Source: Octopus bimaculoides | Lineage: Eukaryota | DNA length: 44,432 nt | Direction of reading: 5' to 3' | Assembly (NCBI RefSeq): GCF_001194135.2 | Contig: NC_068989.1 | Coordinates: forward strand, 17,563,127 to 17,607,558 | In this document: positions 13,330 through 44,432 of the stretch, one piece after another | Numbering within the stretch: position 1 is the stretch's first letter | How the letters are laid out: each line of letters begins with the position of its first letter | The notes under the pieces: model-generated | What the model saw: only the letters and a program-made list of their open reading frames with translations | Databases searched by the model: none | What the model was told of the DNA's origin: nothing | Program-made: the position numbers and the translations under genes

Positions 13330-13700
13330 TGATTACAAAACTATGGCCAACATTTAGAGATCTCCGGCTCAGTTGTACCGAGTCAGAATAAAGTACAGAA
13401 GTGTTTCCAACAAAATGTGTCCAGAGCGACGAAACCATTCCGCAAACTCGTTCTGTGTCCGAGCATTGCTAACTTCATTGTGAGTCAACAATGCTTGGTC
13501 ATTTTATTTGGGAAGGGTAGGCAGTTCTCCTCTGCTAAGTAGTTGTGGTAAAAGAGATAGTATGTTGAATAGATTGAAAAGAGCGCAAGCAGACTCTTTC
13601 CTTTTTGGCAAAACCCTCATCAACTTTTTCAATTACTACTTGGGGAAGAAGATACGGAGAACAATACACTACACTCCAGTGAGTTTGCTAAAAAGTAGGT
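13330..13700 (+). mobile_element. Old Tx1-like ORF2 C-terminal (zf-RVT) fragment, also present at about 42570-42930
   Basis: QSDETI..LVLCPSIANF and LINFFNYYLGKKIR resemble QSDETVLHALVQCP and LINFFKYHLKRKVR of the element at 17301-18710. Confidence 0.6.
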
Positions 13701-14413
13701 TAGAGAGCCGAGAATGGCCCGATTAAATTGAAAAATCCTCAGCTTGTTCTTGTGGGTAAAGGAAAACCACTGGTAGAGAAAGAATTTGCTCCTTACTGTG
13801 AGGTTATTCTTAGGTCCTTGTGAGTCCTTCATTAGACCCAGATGTTTGATTAATCACTTGGTTACATGTTTTTTGTTCTTTAAACTATTGTTTTCCATGC
13901 TTACTTCTATTTTTCCAAAATCGATTTTGCGAACCCTGACCACCATTTTTATAATTTATCCTTGTAATGCCCCTGTAGACACAGTCACCTCTCTTGACAG
14001 CGGGTTTAAACAAGCTCGCTAGATGTCGCTAGAGTGTGAGATTTTGACACAAGGCCTTACAACTCTCTCCTTTTCTCGCTAAGACGTCAGACCGTAGAGA
14101 CGTGATGCAGTCGGTTCTCTGACACCACATGTCATCAAGCAGACAGGAGGCAACGCACAGAAGAAGATCATGGCCTCCACGCATCAGCCATTTCCATTTG
14201 TCATTCAGTTGTATATATACGTGTGGCCGGCATTAAAGACATTTAAAGTTATAACCTTGTTTCATATGTATTCTTTAACCGTGTTCCTATCAAATGATAT
14301 TATAGCCTTCTGAAGCGATTCATGTCTACATGGTGTTGGTATCATGGTTGTGGATCCATCTAAACCTCTATCCGTCAACCTTGTAGCGAATAAAATAAAT
14401 ATTATTATTTTTA

Positions 14414-14562
<149 letters not shown>

Positions 14563-14884
14563 AACTAATAGTGGCCCATCCATGCAAAGCCTTCCTCGAC
14601 GCCACCGATGTTTTCCAAAGGAAATGCAACGTTCTTTCTCTTTGAAACCCGTATTGTGGTAGCCGTTAACGTCAGAACGCAAATAGCACAAGGCATCATC
14701 TTGTCTGACTCACTAATAATTCAATCAATCGAGTGCACGGGACTGCTACTTGTTCTTTTTTTTTTTTCTGACTCAGAAAAATATAAAGCCGAAGTTGGCC
14801 TCGGCAGGATTCGAAGAGAAAACTAGGATATTTGGAACAAATATCTGAAAGGAATTCTATCCGATGCCCCACAACGCCTCCCTC

Positions 14885-14892
14885 TCTCTTTC

Positions 14893-14953
<61 letters not shown>

Positions 14954-15045
14954 GTCTGTCTGTGTCTGTCTCTGTCTGTCTGACTGTCTGTCTGTCTCTG
15001 TCTGTCTCTGTCTCTCTCTGTCTCTGTCTGTTTCTCTCTCTCTTT
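14885..15045. repeat. (TCTG)n/(TC)n microsatellite
   Basis: Read directly. Confidence 0.95.
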
Positions 15046-15143
15046 CTTTGGAACGTTCGTTTTGGATGTTATAGAAATATTTTTTTAAATTATAGAAAAC
15101 ATATTTAAAAACTATAAATTTTAGTCAACAGTACATGTGTAAA

Positions 15144-16278
15144 CAGGGCCGGCCCCAGGGTTGCTGGTGCCCAGGGCTAGCTGAACTTCGGTGTGTAGAA
15201 GCTGACAGTCGGGGAAATTTCCTTGTCTTAGTCACCGCCTTCCTTGGCGCCCCCAAGAATATGACGCTCCGGGCGACTGCCCGAGTTACCGGTAACTAGC
15301 GCCAGCCGCGAAATTTTTTTCCCATGGGAGTTCTGAACCCCAGTTATGAAATCATTCGCATACAACCAACCAAGAGCTCAACTATCAAACTAATTTATGA
15401 GCGCATATCAAGTGATGAGCAATAAGATAAGGTCATTTGGGTAACGAATGACTTTGCTTCCTTTCTTTTTTAATAATGCTTGTTGTTCTTGTTCTTGTTT
15501 CAACCATGGCTGCTTTTGCGTAGTTGTGTTGTCGTTTACTTTGTACAACAGTAAGGGGAGAGGATTGCAAGCGCATCACCCTCTCCCCACATTTTGCCCA
15601 TCCACGTCTTTAACATATGGGGCTCTAACAGAATCCGATAATAGGTATAGATGTAAATGCATCTAATTACTTGTCTCCTTCTAAAATCAGGCGCAACTTG
15701 ACGATCGGTCGACTTACAACACCGTTCTTCGTCTTGAGTTTACTTGGTAGAGTGTGCTTTATCAAGAGATTGGTTGTTTTTAACACATTCACGAAATGTT
15801 ATGTTGGGCTTTGCGTCTAGGCATAATCTGAGAGCTGAATGGCACATTTCAAACAATCCTTCAACGATCTGCCAGCACCAATGCGGTTTCTGTTACTACT
15901 AACCATCTTTCTCCTGGTTACTGCAATTGTCTTCATACTGACTAGAGATTTTCGTTCGTGGGAAAAAAAATTCGAACTAAAGATTTTCTTTTTTTCTCGC
16001 CAAGAGCATGTGCCACATCGGAGTACCGATAAAAGCAGTGAAGCTCGGAAGTTACTTCCACAAGCTGCTTGGAGAATTTTTTCACTGGTCCCCCAAGGAA
16101 TTCTTTATCTTGGTAAAGCAAGTAAAGCTTTGTTTAGCCCATTGATTATTGGGTCACTTCCATCCTCAGCACTTGATTTTGACAACAAGGTGAAGGCGAG
16201 CTCTGATTGACTATGCAAATGAGTTCCTTACTGGGGTTCGGAACCCTCATGGGAAAACAATTTCCCCAGCCGGCCCTG
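15144..16278. mobile_element. Non-autonomous hAT-like DNA transposon (composite)
   Basis: TIRs CAGGGCCGGC (15144) and GCCGGCCCTG (16269-16278); imperfect 8-bp TSD TGTGTAAA / TGCGTACA; inner inverted repeat of about 53 bp at 15310-15362 / 16212-16264. Confidence 0.75.
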
Positions 16279-16613
16279 TGCGTACACGAGATATAGTGAA
16301 ATAAACTGGACAATCGTAAACGACTGTCATTTTAAACAACCTTACTGCAGACAGAGGAAATTCGATCAGCTGGACCAATTTTGAGATTTCACCAGCAACA
16401 TTTGTCTCCAATCTTCAACGGTGATACATATAGGTAGTATTATCAAGAGTTTTATTAATTTGGATACACCAATGTACATACATGACGCATTATTGGGAAC
16501 TAGTTGTACTAATGAATTATTGAGGTGTTAACAGTGTTCAATTTTTATGTTATGAATTGACACAGAAGCAACCTTATAGATTTTAACGATTGTGCGTAAA
16601 TTAGACTTAAATA

Positions 16614-16775
16614 GGCGCAGGCATGGCTGTGTGGTAAGAAGCTTGTATCCCAATCACATGGTTGTGGGTTCAGTTCCACTGCGTGAGACCTTGAGAGAGT
16701 GTTTTTTACTATAGCTTCGTAACGATCAAAGCTTCTTGAGTGGATTTGGTAGACGGAAACTGAAAAAAACCTGCC

Positions 16776-16864
<89 letters not shown>

Positions 16865-16960
16865 CATCTATGTGTGTGTGGCTTTGTGTCTGTTTGTCCC
16901 CCACCACCGCTGTCGGTGTGTTTATGTAATTGGAAGAGGGAAACTGAAAGAAGCCCGTCG
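16614..16960 (+). mobile_element. tRNA-derived SINE with internal (TA)n
   Basis: A-box-like TGGCTGTGTGG and B-box-like GGTTCAGTTCC in the head, then GGATTTGGTAGACGGAAACTGAA body and a microsatellite. Confidence 0.75.
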
Positions 16961-17248
16961 TATGTCTATATATATGTATGTGTGTGTGCGTGTGTATGCA
17001 TGTACACAGATACATACATGTATATTTCTTAACACAGTTGTTATAGACATTAAGTTAAAACTTATAAAAATATTAAAAAGTCAAGTGTCTTATATTTATT
17101 TCATCAAAGAAGTTTATTACGGAATGGAATAAAAGTTATCAATCGCCGTTCTTTAAATTCCTTTTAGGAATTTAGGAAAACTTTTGAATAAATATTTGAT
17201 TTCTCTTGCCAAAATTTTAACAAACTACTTTCTGCACAATAAGAAATG

Positions 17249-17300
<52 letters not shown>

Positions 17301-18710
17301 AGCGCCTCTGTCGTGCGACGCTGGACCGACGGTCCGGTTGAGTTGCTCGGGGTCTGGTTTGGTCCAAACCTCCAAACGGAGAAGAACTGGAACGAGATAA
17401 CGAGTAGGGTGGCCACTCACGCCCGGCATTGGGCCGAGAGAAAACTGTTCCTAAAAGGTCGGGCGGAGGTGGCGAACACGTACATCGCGACCGTCATCTA
17501 CTACCGCCTGACTGTCGTGCCTTGTCCCGACTCTACCATCACCAAACTGGAACGCATTCTCTTCCGCTTCTTGTGGAAAGGAAGCGTTCCGATGGTCAGG
17601 TGATCCGTTTGCTGCCAACACCCGTTAAAAGGAGGGATGGGCATGTCGTGGTTGATGATGCGTAGACACGCGCTGAGACAGAGACATCTCCGGCTCTGCG
17701 TAGACGACGGTGAACTGGTGTGGCCGCCGTTTGTGAGAATGTTTTGCGACTGCAATAGAACCAAAGCATTCTATAAGGGATTAGTGGAGAGGAGGTACGA
17801 CGACGATCTCGGGGTGAAGAGGAATACCTGACCCGCCTGTTGAAGATGACTTTCGGGCTGGGACCTATGGACAACTTCCAGAGATTCCTGGCCTGGCAGT
17901 GCTATCGGGAAACGCTACCCGTTCGGGATAAGCTCTACAGACATGGCTCGAGAAACACGGGGCCGACCTGCCCGAGATGCGGACAGAGCGATGAAACCGT
18001 TCTGCACGCACTCGTACAGTGTCCAACCATTTCCGACCTGTGGGTTTATGTCGAACGACTGCTATCGCGTGTAGGACGAGTCAGTTTATCAGCCGAGTCT
18101 ATCGTGAATATTGTTGCGCTTCTTTCCTTGAAACGAGAGGGAAGAGTCATTTTCATCGTACTTGTAGCAATGGCGAAAGAATGAATATGGAGGACGCGTC
18201 TGACAGGTCTAGAAACAAACACTTTCCTCTCTGATGAATCTCTCATCAACTTTTTCAAGTATCACTTGAAGAGGAAGGTAAGATGGGTGAATGTAGCAAG
18301 GATGGCACGTATGAATGGCGGAGCCACTTTGAGCAGAATGCTATGAACCATAAAAAAAAAGAGGTAAAAAGAGAGTCACTTACTGTAATGTGTTTTTCTG
18401 CATGACGTTATTGGCCAAGGTTACCGTGGTCTTTTCCGTAGGCCTTTCTTCCCACGGGTAAACCTAATCCATTTCCCCCTTTACACTTTACATCATGACA
18501 TTTCTCTGATACACGATCCCTATTGATCGTTTTTTTTTTCACGATCCCTTTTGATCGAAAATCTACACCCGCTTTAAAAATTTTTTAAATTTTATTTATT
18601 TATTTATTTATTATTTTTTCCTTCTCCTCCCCAAAAAGAAAAGCTCTACTTTGTAACTTGTCCCCTCTTTATTCAGCCCTTTGTGGCTAATTAAGATACT
18701 ATCTATTTAA
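17301..18710 (+). mobile_element. 5'-truncated Tx1/L1-clade retrotransposon (RT C-terminus, zf-RVT, 3' UTR) inserted at a (CTAT)n tract
   Basis: LLGVWFG..NW..LxLKGRAEVANTYIATVIYY..LFRFLWKG; LAWQCYRETLPVRDKL..CPRCGQSDETVLHALVQCP..LW. (CTAT)n on the left and CTATCTAT on the right. Confidence 0.85.
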
Positions 18711-18877
18711 TTGTCTCATTTCAGAAAGCAATTGAATGACGATTTCCTTACTATTTGAAAAGTCATTCTTTTATTGGACTGTTCATCCTGAATGAAGAGG
18801 GTGTAATTTCAGAAATCAAGTGACACAGCAGCTGCGTTCAATCACTGCTTATCTTGCGGTCATTGAATACGCACACA

Positions 18878-18947
<70 letters not shown>

Positions 18948-21321
18948 GTTACTCTCTCCCTATGTATGTCTGTGTGTTCTGTTAAAAGAGGTAAATTTAT
19001 CACAAAAAGAAAGAAAATGAATTGCTGTACTTAATTTTTTCTAACGAAACCATTACAAATTGTAATGGTTTTATTTTTGTTTAATTTTGATATAGTACTT
19101 CCTTTGTAAGAGGAATCGATAGGGCACCACAATAAGGAACCTTTACTGCATTTTTAACTTTAAGAAGAAAAATTTTTTTTACAACTGTTCACAACCTTAC
19201 AAAATCTACATCAGCTAAGAAAATGGCCTTCTCTAAATGCATTAGAAATATTATAATGTAATATGATCAAAATTTCAGAAAATTATCTCCCTTCTCTTTG
19301 AACACATCAAAGACAAATTTAGCTGGGGCAAAATGAGTAACCCAAGTTCAAGTAAACGTGCCTCTTCAGTTCTCCAGAATTACATTTGAAAACAAACTCA
19401 TACACATCAGTATCCTAATTTAGACATCAGGAAGATCAGAAATGCAACAAATATTTAAAATATCTATGTTAAATGAAGGAGGATTACGGAAAAATGGCGC
19501 ACATGGTACGAAATTAACAAAACTCGACTAAATGAAAGAAAAATCAACACAAAATATTCTTTATAGTCTCTTCACAAACTGCTGGAGTGGCTCTCTTACT
19601 GATATATTTCCGCATCCTGCAGTTGAAGGAAAGAAACTACTGACATTATTTATGACACATTTTACCCCCACCTTTAACATGAGTTTTTGAAAATTGAAAA
19701 TTATCCAATAAGACAGTGCAGGAAAAAATTGACTTAGAATCCAACAGGGGTAAGAATATTAATTGTTAAAGATCAAACATTATCTATTTATTAGCAATCT
19801 CAATTACAATCAGGAAAAATTTATTGAAAAAAAAAAATGTACTTGTCACCTGACTATGTATGTATGTATGTATGTATGTATGTATGTATGTATGTATGTA
19901 TGTATGTATATGTGTGTATGTGTGTGTCTCATTATTCAGTTTTATTTCAATATTTCTTGTCAATATATGTTTATCTGTCTTTGTTCAACTATTTCAACCC
20001 CAGCACTGTCTGACAATCTGTGATGGTTGGTTTACATCCCTGTAACTTAGCAGTTAGGCAAAAGACGAATAAAAATACTGGAGACAATTTGTTTGACTAA
20101 ACTCATCAAAGCTGTGCACCAAAATGGCCTCAGTCAAATGACTGAAACAAGTCAAAGATATGTTGGTTTATTTCCCTGCTGTATATTGTTTGGCTTCACA
20201 GATTTATTCATTTTGTATTGCCATTGTCATATAGATGAACCCACCTTAATCATTTTTGATGTTTTCAAGTTAATATATGATTTAAAGAAGATTTTTGCTG
20301 CAATTTATTGCAGATAAAACTACAACAGAGAGGTCTCATTGCACACTTGTCTCACATTTGTTGGATGTTGTGTTTGACACATCTGCAATTCAGTATTTTA
20401 GTTTTCACTTATGTGTAAACATAGATGAAAAAGAAGAAATTAAGAGCCATAGAGACCAAGATTATTATTAGAATCATCTGCATGCAAAATAAGTTAGACC
20501 TGCAAATTTTATGTTACAACGACCACAGGCTAACTATTTAAGCTTTGATTAAACCTGACTAGTTACATTCTGATGTCTTCATTTTTATGTAGTACAAGAC
20601 TACCCATGACCTGTTGGATCACTGACAGTTCAGGTTATAAAACGTTGAAGCTGATTTCAACATTGCATTGAAATGAAAGTTAATTTTATGACGATTCAGT
20701 TAAATATTCCAATTCATCCGTGTCATCATAGGTCTGGTTTACACTTCATGTTTTAGGTTTTATTGATTATTTACAACATCTAATAGAATTAGAATTTCCG
20801 GGATAAACGGGATAAACTCCAGTAACAACATTTGCCTATGGTATATGTGCACACTTCTACCAAAGTGCAAAAGGAATTGTTATATAATGTAAACATAAAA
20901 TTAATGGAAACAATGTTTACAGTATTATATGTTCCCATTTCAAGGTTATGTTACTTTTGGAGTATTTTTCCACCCTCCCCATTCCCCCCATAAAAAACAC
21001 CCGCATATCTCGGAAATTCTTGGTTCATTTTATATGAAACCTGTTTTATTGCGTTTGTATTCACTTTTCAGGGGATCCTTTCATTCAGAGTATTTTCCCA
21101 TTATGTGCCGGTTTGGCTGTATTAAATTACAGACAATCACGCAAACAAGCAATCACTGAGCTTTCGTAGTATATAGATAGATTTAGCATGATTTAGAAAA
21201 TATTAATTTTGCTAGAAGTCTACTTTTGGCTAAATTATGCAATTTGGTGAGACAAATTGTTCATACTATTTACATACTGGAATATGTTCACTGGTTTTAC
21301 CTCTGATGGTAAAAAAATCAA

Positions 21322-21522
21322 CCCTTTTAGCAGCCATAATATTCTACCTGTTTTATGTTCAAAGTGGCCAAATTTGGCCTGTTACACTTATCCTACAATG
21401 ACCCTTTAAAAATAAATAATCATATCATTGACACCTTTAAGCTACAATATAATACGTGATTAATTCAAAACGATATGAATAAACAAACATTACATTTGAC
21501 AGAGTAATCTGAATGCTAAAGG
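21322..21522. mobile_element. piggyBac-like MITE (degenerate)
   Basis: Ends CCCTTTTAGCA ... TGCTAAAGG form short terminal inverted repeats; TTAA flanks are eroded. Confidence 0.5.
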
Positions 21523-23285
21523 ATCTGAACAATTTAGATTTATTTTATAAGAAGTTTAAAAATCTAAATTCTCTTGTAGGTAATGATCTTGAAAGTACAA
21601 CCAAATCTTTAACTGATGCAGATAAAAGCTCCAGTTCTAAAATGTCTATTCCTCATCAGAGAAAAGCAAATAATAAATCTAAGTTCATGTGAAATTATTT
21701 CAAGTAAAATAAAACAGGTAATTTTCAAGTGGTTCATATATAAACTGAACTATTTTGACAATATCCAGCTGAGATCGTTTTTCTCAAAGGCATCAGATAT
21801 GCCAATTTATCTATGTTCTCTTGAAGCGAAATAAATTTAAGTTTGAAACCTATTGGTTAATATGTGTAGTTTATTTAACTTTTCTATATGAATGCATGCA
21901 TACACACATATGTATGTATGCATGTATGTATTTATCCATCCAGTCATTTATATGTATGTGTCCATCCTTCCTCTCTCCAACCACCTACCCCTCTCCATTC
22001 ATTCCCCCAATCCAGTGATCAATCGATCGAGTGATCAATGGAAACTTGAAAATACAATAATTTGAATTTTGTTGAAATTGATTATTTTTTTTATGACAAA
22101 AATTCAAAAAGACTAGTGATATTCTGACTGTCTATATCCTGGTGCCAATAGTACTAAATTCTCCAGTGTATTCACTTTTGGAAAACTTATCTGAAACATA
22201 TCACTTTCCATCTAAAGCTTGTTTTCCAGCTAGTAATGTCTCTTACAGAAATTGTATTACTAGTAGGGATCCTGTCTTATAATGTCCGCTACTGGACATT
22301 GGTAACATAGATTTTACATTTTATAGACAGGTAACTAATGTCCTTTACAAAAAATGTAAAGCACAACGAAAAGCAACAGCTTCTTCATAAGCAAACTGTC
22401 CTGTTGTTGTTCTGTAACCTCAAGTCAGTCCTCATCCAGCAGACCTATAACTAAAAACAGTCCAGATACACTTGACAAGTTCTTTGTTAAGGCAATGCAT
22501 ATCTAGGACTAGACTGCGTTATTCAATGTGTTTCTACATATTGAATAAAGTAATTTGAGCGAGATTTGGTGTCTAACAGTGGAAGCTTCTATGTTGTAAA
22601 CTAATTGCATGATGGAGGATGCAAAATCATAACTGCTTATATATTTAAAACTGTCTGTATAGTATATTAAAGTGTATTGAGAAAAAAATATAGAGTAACT
22701 GTGTTCAAAATACATATCATCGTGTGATCTCAGCACTGGTTCTGATATTTATATGGCTGATATGTCTGAAGAACCCACAAAGAAACCTTGAGTGGGAACG
22801 AGGGGGAAAATATGTAAAAAGAAATGAAGTCCAAAAATAAAACAAAGTAAGAAAAAACAAAGACATACTGTTAGAATTAGCCTGGCAATTTGTTTATTTC
22901 ATTTTCATAGCAATATTAATTCATCTAATCTGAAATGGGTTCTGTTGTTTCATTTATTGAATATGTAGTGCATAGATTTGGTTGCAATTGCTCCCAGAAG
23001 AATTATGACAAAGAATTATGCATACATTATTTTATTCTATAATCACAGGATAATGCATTTGAATTAGACAGAAATATTAATACACACATACACACACACG
23101 TGTGCGTGTATATGTGCGTACACATGTGCGCGTGTGTGTACAAAGAAAATAATTGCTGTAGAAGATGAACATTCCTTGTTATATGCACAAATTAAAACTG
23201 ACATTTTCATATGGTGGAATGGATTCTTCATATTCTCATATTACAGGAGAAAATAGTTGGAATAATGGAAATTATGTTTGCTTGT

Positions 23286-41911
<18,626 letters not shown>

Positions 41912-41914
41912 ACT

Positions 41915-42560
41915 GATTGCCTTATTAAGAATTGTCTTATGAGCTTTTAGATGTATGGTGTATATATATAAATATCACTAATCCACTCGTCCCTTCAAAG
42001 GCGACGCTAGTCGACGTATTGAACAGCGACTCAAAATCTCAGGCAGCTCCGGTGTAAAAATGAACAAGCAAGGCAATTCTGGTAGGCAACGCGAGAAAGC
42101 CCAGTATTTATAGGATATGGTCAGTGGGAACAATAGCGTATGCCAAAGTTTACACAAAGTTGTATGGGTTTGAACGTCGCACAGGTGACCAATGAAAATG
42201 GATCTGTAGATATTTGTTTTTCTTATCGTACCAGTCTAGGCACTATATTGGTAAGAATACGAAAAAGGAGGGGATAAAGAGAAAAAGCATACCAGCACTA
42301 ACGGTGACGGTGACAACGATGACAACAACAATTACAAAAACATGGATGAAGGTGTGGAAGGGAAATGATTGAAAAGAAATTTTTCTGTTGTAAAGTCTAG
42401 TATCAAAGTAATTTAAAAATGTGTAGGAGGTTTATAGTTTTAATGTAAACAAAATGAACGAAACCTTCTAAAGTAAATATAAAGACGAAAGATAAATAAA
42501 ATCAGACATGCAATTATACAATATTTATTTTGTTTTTGATGTTGTTGCTGTTGTTGCTGA
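41915..42560 (-). promoter_or_regulatory. Putative proximal promoter / 5' region of gene B
   Basis: Homologous to 12630-13300; same TATA-like element upstream of the ATG at 41911. Confidence 0.4.
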
Positions 42561-44004
42561 AAAGTTTATTACGGAAAATTTGGTTTCAAAGAACAACATT
42601 TAGAAATCTCCGGTTCAGTTGTACCGAGTCAGAATAAAGTACAGAAGTGTTTCCAACAAAATGTGTCCAGAGCGACGAAACCATTCCGCAAACTCGTTCT
42701 GTGTCCGAGCATTGCTAACTTCATTGTGAGTCAACAATACTTGGTCATTTTATTTGGGAAGGGTAGGGAGTTCTCCTCTGCTAAGTAGTTGTGGTAAAAG
42801 AGATAGTATGTTGAATAGATTGAAAAGAGCGCAAGCAGACTCTTTCCTTTTTGGCAAAACCCTCATCAACTTTTTCAATTACTACTTGCAGAAGAAGATA
42901 CGGAGAACGATACACTACACTCCAATGAGTTNNNNNNNNNNNNNNNNNNNNNNNNNNNNNNNNNNNNNNNNNNNNNNNNNNNNNNNNNNNNNNNNNNNNN
43001 NNNNNNNNNNNNNNNNNNNNNNNNNNNNNNNNNNNNNNNNNNNNNNNNNNNNNNNNNNNNNNNNNNNNNNNNNNNNNNNNNNNNNNNNNNNNNNNNNNNN
43101 NNNNNNNNNNNNNNNNNNNNNNNNNNNNNNNNNNNNNNNNNNNNNNNNNNNNNNNNNNNNNNNNNNNNNNNNNNNNNNNNNNNNNNNNNNNNNNNNNNNN
43201 NNNNNNNNNNNNNNNNNNNNNNNNNNNNNNNNNNNNNNNNNNNNNNNNNNNNNNNNNNNNNNNNNNNNNNNNNNNNNNNNNNNNNNNNNNNNNNNNNNNN
43301 NNNNNNNNNNNNNNNNNNNNNNNNNNNNNNNNNNNNNNNNNNNNNNNNNNNNNNNNNNNNNNNNNNNNNNNNNNNNNNNNNNNNNNNNNNNNNNNNNNNN
43401 NNNNNNNNNNNNNNNNNNNNNNNNNNNNNNNNNNNNNNNNNNNNNNNNNNNNNNNNNNNNNNNNNNNNNNNNNNNNNNNNNNNNNNNNNNNNNNNNNNNN
43501 NNNNNNNNNNNNNNNNNNNNNNNNNNNNNNNNNNNNNNNNNNNNNNNNNNNNNNNNNNNNNNNNNNNNNNNNNNNNNNNNNNNNNNNNNNNNNNNNNNNN
43601 NNNNNNNNNNNNNNNNNNNNNNNNNNNNNNNNNNNNNNNNNNNNNNNNNNNNNNNNNNNNNNNNNNNNNNNNNNNNNNNNNNNNNNNNNNNNNNNNNNNN
43701 NNNNNNNNNNNNNNNNNNNNNNNNNNNNNNNNNNNNNNNNNNNNNNNNNNNNNNNNNNNNNNNNNNNNNNNNNNNNNNNNNNNNNNNNNNNNNNNNNNNN
43801 NNNNNNNNNNNNNNNNNNNNNNNNNNNNNNNNNNNNNNNNNNGATTTGTTGGACGAAAACCCTTCGAGGCAGCGATTTGAAACGAATATCCGGAAGGCAA
43901 ATGACTGAAGCATGTAAAGCATAAAATGTGTATGTATGTATGTATGTATGTATGTATGTATGTACGTATGTATGTATGTATGTATGAATGTATGCAAGTA
44001 TGTC

Positions 44005-44432
44005 TCACATGAGTAGGGTCCTTGAACGCTTTCATGAGAGATGTCTCAGACACATTCTCAATGATGGCTGGACCTCAAAAATTCCAAACACATAGGTCCT
44101 GAGGACAGCTGGTATCTTGAGTATTGAGGCAATGGTACACAAGCACCGGTTACGTTGGACTCGACACCTTATTAGAATCAAGGATAGCAGGATTCCTAAG
44201 CAGATGCTATATGGAGAACTTGTGAATGGAAGGAGATTCCGACAGAAACCAAAGCTGCGATTTAAGGACTGTGTCAAGTCCTCATTAAAGGCCTGTGATA
44301 TGCAGGACACTGACTGGGAGAACAATGCCTGTCATCGCCACGGATGAAGGAAGCAGGTTAAGGAGGGGATCGACACTTTTGAGAGAGCACGTATCCAGCA
44401 TGAAGAACTTAAGCGAGCTGCGCGAAAGTGCA
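44005..44432 (+). mobile_element. RTE-clade LINE fragment (post-RT C-terminal region), runs off the window
   Basis: LERFHERCLRHIL..LSIEAMVHKHRLRWTRHLIRIKDSRIPKQMLYGELVNGRR..KPKLRFKDCVK, with in-frame stops. Confidence 0.85.

Larger units (their letters stand above)
1..13680. repeat. Segmental (tandem) duplicate copy A, homologous to about 33440-42930
   Basis: Collinear matching blocks: 150-245/33498-33595, 3128-3280/34470-34595, 4045-5020/35167-36427, 5050-6105/37550-38628, 6900-7730/39650-40424, 12550-13680/41845-42930. Confidence 0.92.

Noticed and set aside
15839-16210. 123-aa ORF with hydrophobic N-terminus (MRFLLLLTIFLLVTAIVFIL)
   Set aside because: Lies inside the hAT-like element on the + strand, with no recognisable domain or exon context.

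Overview
AT-rich, microsatellite- and TE-dense eukaryotic scaffold with many N gaps. The SINE, LINE and microsatellite content looks like an octopod cephalopod (inference, not checked). I assembled by hand a 10-exon minus-strand gene (gene B, 41911->23286) from canonical GT-AG splice sites with consistent phases: 2520 nt CDS, about 839 aa. Its architecture is signal peptide, Notch-ligand N-terminal C2/MNNL domain, DSL domain, 15 EGF repeats, then a C-terminal type-2 chitin-binding (peritrophin-A) domain and stop, with no transmembrane or intracellular part. It therefore reads as a secreted, potentially chitin-tethered Delta-like protein. A second, head-to-tail paralogue (gene A; exons 1-3 at 12625->4333) runs off the left edge, so this is a tandem cluster. 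The rest is TE debris: Tx1-, RTE-, R4/Dong- and Penelope-like retroelements (one with a degenerate hammerhead ribozyme and a fold-back hairpin), tRNA-derived SINEs, hAT- and piggyBac-like non-autonomous elements, and simple repeats. No RNA evidence or database search was available; all homology calls are by motif recognition.
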